Origin: Octopus bimaculoides
Taxonomy: Eukaryota
Length of the DNA: 43,155 nt
Direction: 5' to 3'
NCBI RefSeq assembly: GCF_001194135.2
Contig: NC_068987.1
Coordinates: forward strand, 60,538,011 to 60,581,165
Part shown: positions 35,350 through 43,155 of the stretch, piece by piece
Layout: every line of letters starts with the position of its first letter
How positions within the stretch are numbered: position 1 is the first letter of the stretch
Made by a program: the position numbers and the translations under genes
The notes under the pieces: model-generated
What the model was told of the DNA's origin: nothing
Database searches by the model: none
The model's input: only the letters and a program-made list of their open reading frames with translations

Positions 35350-35619
35350 CTGCAAGATAAAAATAAAAGGAATAAAACATAGTCATAAAAGTAGCTTCTA
35401 TAGTTTATCTATAGAACAGAGGTTGTAGAGTAAGGAACGACATTGTTTATATTGGATAAAAAAATGGTAAGAACGTAAAAATAATAACTGAATAAAATAA
35501 TGATTAACATTTCAAAGAATAAACAAACATACAAAAGAATAAAAGAGAGCATAAAAATAATAATAATGATTTCTAAAATGGGCATGAGACTATATAAACG
35601 TAGTAATTATGTTATTATG

Positions 35620-36128
35620 GCTGCAGCAACAAAGTCCACCTGCCACACTTCTCGGTCCAACATCACAGCTTCAAGGTCCTGGATACATTCCAGGCCAATG
35701 TCTGTGACCGAGCTGTTGATGTAAGTGTAACAACATTTAATTCTTCTTACATCACCATGAAGTGGGTTCCACAAGACTAATTTGGATGCTTCTAATTCAT
35801 GCAATAACCATCTGGTCATTGCATGCACCACTCTGAATTGGAAGCATCCAAATTAATTGCAGCTGTTTTTGCCTGGTCTTCTCACTGACTTTCAGCAAGT
35901 CTCCATAAAGGCATACATTTGTCATATGTTGCTGCCATTCTATTTTTGGGGCCATTTGTGGCTTCCTTGTGTAACAGCCATCTAGCCTGTTTGATAATTT
36001 CTTAGTCAGTGATCATGTTTCACTACCATATAATAACACTGATTCAACAGTTGCAATGAACAACTTGATTTTGATTTGCTTGGGCAATTTGGAGTTCCAG
36101 ACCTTCTTTACCTTGTGACAGGCTGTCC
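35620..36128 (-). pseudogene. RTE-clade LINE ORF C-terminal fragment
   Basis: TACHKVKKVWNSKLPKQIKIKLFIATVESVLLYGSET*SLTKKLSNRLDGCYTR...HMTNVCLYGDL...ELEASKLVLWNPLHG...TYIN...DIGL...MLDREVW, a typical RTE post-RT region. Confidence 0.9.
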
Positions 36129-36273
36129 GTGTTCGTTTATACTTGCTTAGGAAGGAACTTATTTAACGAGTCATTTAACGACAAATTTAAATATGGACGG
36201 AACCTAGAGATGTCTTGGTATTTACCCCTTGTTCTTGATTTTTGTTTGATCCTTTGTTTGTTCTTAAATATAT

Positions 36274-36360
36274 TTCCCTGAAGACGTGTAAGGCAAATTA
36301 TATGTTTGACTTAAATTTGACAGTCAAATATAGCCTTATACAGAAATGTCGACATAGGAA
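36274..36360 (+). ncRNA. Type I hammerhead-ribozyme-like motif in a probable Penelope-type terminal repeat (about 36130-36418)
   Basis: TTCC-CTGAAGA-[GTGTAAGGC/GCCTTATAC stem II]-GAAA-palindromic ATGTCGACAT-A-GGAA. Confidence 0.65.
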
Positions 36361-36417
36361 TAAATTTCAATAATAATGGATATTAGCGTCAAAACTCTCT
36401 TTTAAATTTAAAACTTA

Positions 36418-36457
<40 letters not shown>

Positions 36458-36635
36458 NNNNNNNNNNNNNNNNNNNNNNNNNNNNNNNNNNNNNNNNNNN
36501 NNNNNNNNNNNNNNNNNNNNNNNNNNNNNNNNNNNNNNNNNNNNNNNNNNNNNNNNNNNNNNNNNNNNNNNNNNNNNNNNNNNNNNNNNNNNNNNNNNNN
36601 NNNNNNNNNNNNNNNNNNNNNNNNNNNNNNNNNNN

Positions 36636-36694
<59 letters not shown>

Positions 36695-36695
<1 letters not shown>

Positions 36696-36862
36696 TATAT
36701 GTGCTGGGCTTCCACACAGTTTTCATCTACTAAATTCACTGAAAAGGCTGTTGTTGGCCCAGAGTTATAGTAGAAGACACTTGCTCAAGATGCTGCACAG
36801 TGGAACTGGACCCAAAACCATGTGACTGCAAAGAAAGCTTCTAAACCACACAGCCATGCCTG
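36695..36862 (-). mobile_element. SINE family B, 5' half
   Basis: TAGTAGAAGACACTTGC...AACCACACAGCCATGCC. Confidence 0.8.
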
Positions 36863-37469
36863 TACTTCTGAAATCTTTCTATCAAAATTATTAGAGAACT
36901 TTTACCCATAGTGAATTTTTTTTCACATGGGAAGTATTGTCACTCAGTGTCTAACTTTGATTCAAGATTGACATTGAAGATGTAAAATCATTGTAAGCAT
37001 AACCAATGCAAAATTGCATCATAATTCATCTCAGATACTAAAGTAATGTGCTATTTCTTTCTGGAATAGCAAATTAATGTTTTCATATTCACTTAACACA
37101 GGCCTCATAAATGTTAAATAAAGTTCATTAGTTTCATCTGAGTACATAGCATGTAATTACTTTCCATAATACTGGCTTCAACTAGAAGATGCCATTTGAA
37201 AATGTAATTTTAATGAATCCCACTGATTAAGAATTCTTTATACAGTTATATCACACTAACCACCTTGTGGCTGAAGGGGAAGTCGTTTTCAAAGGTTCTT
37301 CACTATAATTAATTAATTTCTGTATCTCTATGTACAGTTCTCTTTGCAGTGCTGCTCTGTGGAACCAGTAGTAAGTTTCTCTTAAAAGTTAGTTAATGTT
37401 GGAAGGTAATTCTTCAGCAGTATAATATATATATATATATGATGGTAGTCTGTCATGGTCTGAGAAAGA

Positions 37470-37748
37470 CAGTTCTACAATTTCTTGCTGAAAACCTGCA
37501 TAAATGATTTGTTTATTGTGATCAAATACCTGTGCTGTGTTGTACATTAGCTCACCCCTTCCATGAAATTGACATTGCCTGAACAGGTTCACAGTGTATA
37601 ACATGTCAGAAGTCAAAATGATTACAGAGTAACGGGATATGAAGTGTTTTGCTCAAAAACGCAATTCACTACCTGGTTCAGGAACTGAAACCACAATCTC
37701 GCAATTGTAAGTACAACACTCCTAACTACCAGGCCATGTACCTTCATT
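37470..37748 (-). mobile_element. SINE family E
   Basis: tRNA-like head (reverse of TAACTACCAGGCCATG) and body shared with 1617-1872. Confidence 0.75.
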
Positions 37749-37772
37749 TCAGCAGTATGGAACATGCTAAAT

Positions 37773-37920
37773 CAGTGGTTCTCAACTGAGATCCACATAA
37801 CCATTGGGAGTCCATATAAGATTTTGTTGAAGTTTATGCGCAATAAATTGGTGATGTTTCTACAATACACAAAATATTTTAACAATTTAGTTTATACAAT
37901 TCCTAATGATATTTTCAACT
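37773..37920 (+). mobile_element. hAT-type MITE, left end
   Basis: CAGTGGTTCTCAAC start followed by GATCCA...GTCCA as in 23025; no right end seen. Confidence 0.6.
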
Positions 37921-38017
37921 ATCAGGTAAAGTCAAGACAAGACAATGGACACACACACACTCACTCACACACACACACACATTCACACACACACACACAC
38001 ACATACATACATATAGA

Positions 38018-38140
38018 TATATGTGATGGGCTTCTTTCAGTTTTCATCAACCAAATTCACCCACAAAGCTTTGGTCACCCAGGGGCTGTAGTAGAAGACA
38101 CTTGCCTAGGGTGTCATATAATGGAACTGAACCTTGAACC
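38018..38140 (-). mobile_element. SINE family B fragment
   Basis: GGGCTTCTTTCAGTTT...GTAGTAGAAGACACTTGCC. Confidence 0.8.
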
Positions 38141-38445
38141 ATTTGGTTATTATTGTTTCAACAATTAAGCAGAGCACTTTAATCAAGGTGAACATGAATA
38201 AGTAACATTAGAATTTACTAGCAGAAAGATCACCCTGCGGGCGGTTTTCTGCTGGATCCTTCATATTTTCACATTTGATTCCAAATTCTAATAATTTTTA
38301 TATTTTATGTCTATTTCTTTGTATAATACTTCTTACTTGCTTAGTAAATATTGCTTTCATTATTTTATCACAATCATAATTTCCCTTTTTTAAACAAACA
38401 TCATGGTAGTCCAACAACAGGGAGGAGTAGTCTGTCAAGTTTTAC

Positions 38446-38488
38446 CTTCCCCTCAAAGCAACATAGAGATTTCAATTCAGCAGCCCAT
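38446..38488 (-). CDS. Candidate internal coding exon (WAAELKSLCCFEGK)
   Basis: Acceptor GCTTACAG, donor AAG/GTAAAA, 43 nt, ends in phase 0 and so is compatible with 35299-35349. Confidence 0.45.
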
Positions 38489-38619
38489 CTGTAAGCTTTG
38501 CAGTGTGTGTGTGAGAAAGGTGGGGGTGGAGAACATTGCAAACAATGAATGAAATAAACATGAAATGAAAAAAATCATATAATTAAAAGGGCATTACTAC
38601 ATATGCATACACCTCCAAC

Positions 38620-39110
38620 GTTGTCACCTCATAACATCCAGAAAAATGGATACTTTTTAGCAAAATTTTCTACAAATACTGCTTAGACATTGAGGCTTCA
38701 AAGTATATAAGGATTTATTGGAAAGAATTTTTACAGGGGAGTGGAGAGAGGGGTTTCGAAAAATTCTCATGATCTGACTTTTTTCCCTCATAACATTCAG
38801 GAAGATGGGTATCTTTTAATGAAAATTTATACAAATCCCTTTCAAATGGCATAGAATATGATTATAAAGAGATTTGTGGGGAAAATCTTTTCGGGGATTT
38901 TTCCCCATTTTTTAAAAACCATAGCCTTCAAAATGATGGGGTTTAGGCATGGGGTGGGGCATCTTTGTATGAAAAAAGTTTTGAAAGCTCTTTTTTTACA
39001 CCCTCTCCCTCATCATCCCACTCCAGACCTATTGTGGCCAATTTGTTTTGCACTTCAAAACCATGGGAAGAGTATTTCAGTAAAAAAAATTTTTTAAATT
39101 GTTAATATTT
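38620..39110. repeat. Old repeat with diverged internal units of about 160 bp; second copy at about 42400-42660
   Basis: CCTCATAAC-anchored units at 38627, 38786, 42414 and 42560 with similar downstream sequence. Confidence 0.55.
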
Positions 39111-40792
39111 NNNNNNNNNNNNNNNNNNNNNNNNNNNNNNNNNNNNCAGCACATCCAAAGACAACCCCCCTCGTTTCTTTATCACTCTCGCATGTATTAA
39201 TGTTTTTCAATATTTTTTCCCTATAAATACATTTATTATATGTTGTAAAAAAGAAAATTTGAGAAATTATGAATTTTTCGCAATCCCTCTCCCTGATCCC
39301 GATTGTTTCTGTTTAGAAATTAAAATATTGCAGAGCCTGAGAAGGTCATTGCTGGCATTTATCCACAGTGGTTTTAAAAAATTACAGAGATGTACTTGCA
39401 TAGCAAGTGACTTGATCTGAGATCGTGTGCTGAAACAAAAACAATTGCAGCATGGAAGATGTTCGTAAGTCATTTAAGAACACACAAAAACTCTTAGTCT
39501 CACTTCAACATTAAAATTTCATTTGTGTTGAAATATTTTCATCACTTTCAAACCGCGACCTGTTCACTGACAAAATTTCACAAAAGTGATGCAGCATGAA
39601 GTTTTGTCAGTGAACAACACACACATGCACACAGTCATTGCTTTTCATTTGTGTGTATGTGTATTTATGTGTGTGCATGAGTCTGTATTGGTGTGAGTGT
39701 ATGTTACTGTTGAAGTCACTCATGCAACTTGTTTATGTATTTGGCGGTACAGAGTATTTGGAAACTGTGAATAAGGTGCAAGTTTCAAGTACTTGTCAGT
39801 AACTATTTTTTTCTCTCCTCATCTTCTAATAGTAATTACCAACTTTCTAGGCTCTTTTCACAAATATTTTGCATTCAAAAATCATACAGGTATTTCTAAA
39901 AATTTCTATTCTATAATGTCTTTACATTATATATACATTAATAGAATAAACTATCAGTTTTCCAAATAGTGAATTAAAACTTAAAAGAGAAAGTGAGAGA
40001 CTTTGCAAAAAAAAATGGAATATGCTACAGTGAATGCATTGAATATTTAAATTTGTGAAGAATTGGATGCAGTGAATGCAATGAATATTTAAATTCATGA
40101 GAAATTGGAGTTTAAAAAATTCAATAAACTTGAGAAAATGAAATTATAGGAAATTTCTTAGAATATGAATTTATAAAATTAATTCCAGATGGTCAACTCT
40201 TTAATAATTGCTTTCTTTTAGTACTTTTAGTAATTGTTACATACCTAATTAATAAGCAGCTTTCTCCATTATAGTATAGATAAACCAATGTACTAAACAA
40301 CATAAAACAGTAAATGTTTTTTTATTTAGCAATGTTGGTAGTTACCTTAGAACATGTTTTGATAGGGTCAAATGTCATGCTTGGCACCTGGTGTCTGCCA
40401 GTATTGAAGCATATTTTGCCAGTACCAACTTTAATGGGTGAAGTTACTAACCTTAATGACATCGTTTGAATAGAAATACATTTAAATATTCTTTAATTTA
40501 CAACCACATTCTGCTATCTGCCCTTCTGATTCACAGATTGTAGTACCACCAATTTTACATTTTTTAAATGTTGGTAATTTTGATTAGAAATTTCACTTGA
40601 TGATTTGTTGCTTAATCAGCATGTCACTGCTTGCTTGTTTATGTGATACACCTGATGAGTTGAGAGTGGGGTAATATATTATGTAACCTTATGAATATTG
40701 TGCAAACTGCATATCTGACTGTAACATGTTTATATTACAATAAAGATTCTTAATGAAATAATTGTAGCAGTACCAGATAGCCCATTCAACTG

Positions 40793-40833
<41 letters not shown>

Positions 40834-40865
40834 CAAACATATATATATATATATATATATATATA

Positions 40866-41020
40866 CATGACAAGCTTCTTTCAATTTCTGTCTACCAAAT
40901 CCACTCTCGAGGCTTTGGTTGGCTTCATGCTACAATAAAAGACACTTGTCCAAGCAACCATAGAATGGGACTGAACCCAGAACCATGTGGTAGAGAAGCA
41001 AACTTCTCACTACATATGCC
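40866..41020 (-). mobile_element. SINE family B, 5' half
   Basis: GCTTCTTTCAATTTCTGTCTACCAAATCCACTC...GGGACTGAACCCAGAACCATGTGG. Confidence 0.85.
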
Positions 41021-41159
41021 TGCAACTACTGTTCTATTCTTTTGTCTCTAAATTTTTTTAATTCTTTATTTTACAAGTTTTGTAACATAAGTTTTATGTC
41101 ACTTTAAGTTTGTTTGCTAAGGCACACTATAACTGATTTCTCATATTAATATTGATAAG

Positions 41160-41342
41160 AAAGCAGCAAGCTGGCAGAATCAGACAAAATATTTAACAGC
41201 ATTTCTCTCAACTCTTTATGTTTGAGTTCAAATTCTACCAAGATCAACCTTTGCCTTTCATATTTTTGGAGATAATATAACATACAAGATGAACATTGTG
41301 GGTTGGTATAATCAACTTAATCCCTGCCCAAAATTTGCAACC
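41160..41342 (+). mobile_element. SINE family C, decayed
   Basis: GCAAGCTGGCAGAATC head, GAGTTCAAATTC B box. Confidence 0.8.
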
Positions 41343-41433
41343 ATATTAATACTGCAGTTCTATATTTAAGAGATGAGGAATTATTTACCTTATTTACTTT
41401 TGACGGATATTTCTCCTCATCTTGTTTGTTGTT

Positions 41434-41479
41434 AACACAACGTTTCGGCTGATATAGCCTCCAGCCTTCATCAGGTGTC
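41434..41479 (-). ncRNA. Minimal type I hammerhead-ribozyme-like motif
   Basis: GACAC CTGATGA A GGCTG (10-nt loop) CAGCC GAAAC GTT GTGTT. Confidence 0.7.
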
Positions 41480-41817
41480 TTGGGGAAATTTCGAACCTGG
41501 GTTCTCATTCCTAACGATGTTACTATTATTATTATATTATTATTATTACTATTATTAATCAGGTCGCTGCCATGAATCGAACTCGGAACCTTGGGGTTAG
41601 TAGCCCGCGCTCTTAACCACTACGCCATATGCCTTAAAATTCACCCCATAATTGCCCACGGGCATATGGTGTAGTGGTTAAGAGCGCGGGCTACTAACCC
41701 CAAGGTTCCGAGTTCGATTCACGGCAGCAACCTGATTAATAATAGTAATAATAATAATATAATAATAATAATAGTAACATCGATAGGAATGAGAACCCAG
41801 GTTCGAAATTTCCCCAT

Positions 41818-41863
41818 GACACCTGATGAAGGTTGGAGGGTATATCAGCCGAAACGTTGTGTT
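41818..41863 (+). ncRNA. Minimal type I hammerhead-ribozyme-like motif (second arm)
   Basis: GACAC CTGATGA A GGTTG (10-nt loop) CAGCC GAAAC GTT GTGTT; the stem II change is a G-U wobble. Confidence 0.7.
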
Positions 41864-42162
41864 AACAACAAACAAGATGAGGAGAAATATCCGTCAAATG
41901 TAAATAATGTAAACAATGTATATTAATACTGGTTAGGTTCACAATGAAATTAGCTTTATTCCATGTCTAAATGGATAAGTATTAGTAATATTGTGTGTTC
42001 CCCTTCACTACATCACCTGTCTCTGTCTGGAATTAAGGTAAATAATTTCATCCCTGATTCCTCACGATTCCAACTACATTCTTATTTTTATGATCATCTT
42101 CAAAGTCATAATCTTCTGTTATAATTAATTCTAATCACATCCGAAATGCTTTATAACATTAT

Positions 42163-42358
42163 TGTTTTCAAATTTTGGGACAAGGCCAGGAAGTTTCTTT
42201 TTTCTTTGATTGGGAAACTAGTTGATTACATCGACCCCAATACTTAACTTGTGGACCCCAATCTTGGTGGTATTTGAACTCAGAACGTAAAGATGGGTGA
42301 AATGCTGCTCAGTATTTTGCCCAATACAGCAATGATTCAGCCAACTTACTACCTTACT
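42163..42358 (-). mobile_element. SINE family C with internal deletion
   Basis: TTTTCAAATTTTGGGACAAGGCCAG...TTTGAACTCAGAACGTAAAG. Confidence 0.8.
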
Positions 42359-42917
42359 TAATAAGAAAATAAAATCAGCATATTGGAGACAACCATCCCA
42401 GCCAACTTTGTTTCCTCATAACTTTCAGAAGAATGCATATATCTTGATGAAATTTTACAAAAATCAATTTACAATAATGTACATTATGATTATGTTAAAG
42501 ATAATTAAGAAATCTTTAGTAGTAGTTTCAGACCATTTCCCCTACTCTTGATCGCATTTCCTCATAACTCTTTAAAATGTATATTTTTTAATGGACTTTT
42601 CCAGAAATTTGTTTTCAAGAGTGTAGAATAAGCATGGGAAATTTTTTTTAGAAGCAGACCACATCAGAGACATGACTCATCATCACTTGGGCAGCACTAC
42701 TAAAAAAATTCAAGGTTATTTTTCATTAGGGGTGCCATTCAGAAAGTCCCGTGGGTTACAGTTAACTCATTACTGGTGTAGATTATATAAAACTAATGTT
42801 TCAAACACACAAATCTGACATAAAAAAGACAAATGCTGAAGTTAGGGGATGAATAATTAACTGAAACTCCTCTACATATACAAAAACCTATTTTCCATAA
42901 AAATTTCATCAAGATAC

Positions 42918-43078
42918 ATGTGCGTGGCTATGTGGTAAGAAGTTTGCTTTCCAACCACATGGTTCTGGGTTCAGTCCCACAGTGTGGCACCTTAGGCAAG
43001 TGCCTTCTACTATAGCCTCTGGCCAACCAAAGCCTTGTGAGTGGATTTCATAGACGGAAACTAAAAGAAGCCCGTCGT
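42918..43078 (+). mobile_element. SINE family B, 5' half
   Basis: GTGGCTATGTGGTAAGAAG...GGGTTCAGTCCCAC...GAAGCCCGTCGTA. Confidence 0.9.
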
Positions 43079-43124
43079 ACATATCGATCGTCACCAGGAA
43101 AACCCCATAAACCAGTCTTTACAA

Positions 43125-43155
<31 letters not shown>

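Larger units (their letters stand above)
41355..41919. mobile_element. Head-to-head inverted dimer of a tRNA-headed, hammerhead-containing element
   Basis: Arms 41381-41633 and 41661-41916 are near-identical reverse complements around a 27-bp spacer; 12-bp target duplication ATATTAATACTG at 41343-41354 and 41920-41931. Confidence 0.92.

Noticed and set aside
40345-40490. About 48-codon minus-strand open frame ending at AAG/GTAACT as the next upstream exon
   Set aside because: Ends in phase 0, whereas the 38488 exon needs phase 2; no good acceptor.
40648-40690. ACACCTGATGAG as a fourth hammerhead core
   Set aside because: No downstream stem II or GAAA.
41661-41733. tRNA gene (also the tRNA-like heads at 6025, 25537 and others)
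   Set aside because: A and B boxes are present, but acceptor and T stems do not pair fully and each is fused to a repeat body; treated as SINE-type promoters.

Overview
AT-rich, repeat-saturated eukaryotic DNA from a short-read-type draft assembly. There are eight N gaps: 11377-11407, 13496-13544, 16827-17381, 22797-22806, 26780-27214, 30938-31097, 36458-36635 and 39111-39146, most of them inside (TA)n/(TG)n tracts. The repeat families look like those I recall from octopus genomes; this is an inference from memory, not a search. Almost all ORFs in the supplied track are microsatellite or SINE artefacts. Well-supported content: (1) a full-length decayed DD34D mariner with TIRs and TA duplication (2911-4192); (2) dozens of tRNA-headed SINE copies from several families; (3) fragments of RTE-clade LINEs and a restriction-like-endonuclease non-LTR 3' end embedded in (ATAC)n; (4) TTAA/CCCTT (piggyBac-type) and hAT-type MITEs; (5) several long fold-back palindromes. 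Three short minus-strand segments with good splice signals join in frame and may be the last exons of a host gene, which would make most of the window intronic. The most interesting signal is three unrelated hammerhead-ribozyme-like motifs of the minimal Penelope-associated type. One sits in a 565-bp insertion flanked by a 12-bp target duplication and made of two head-to-head tRNA-promoter + hammerhead units. No CRISPR array, rRNA or intact tRNA gene is supported.
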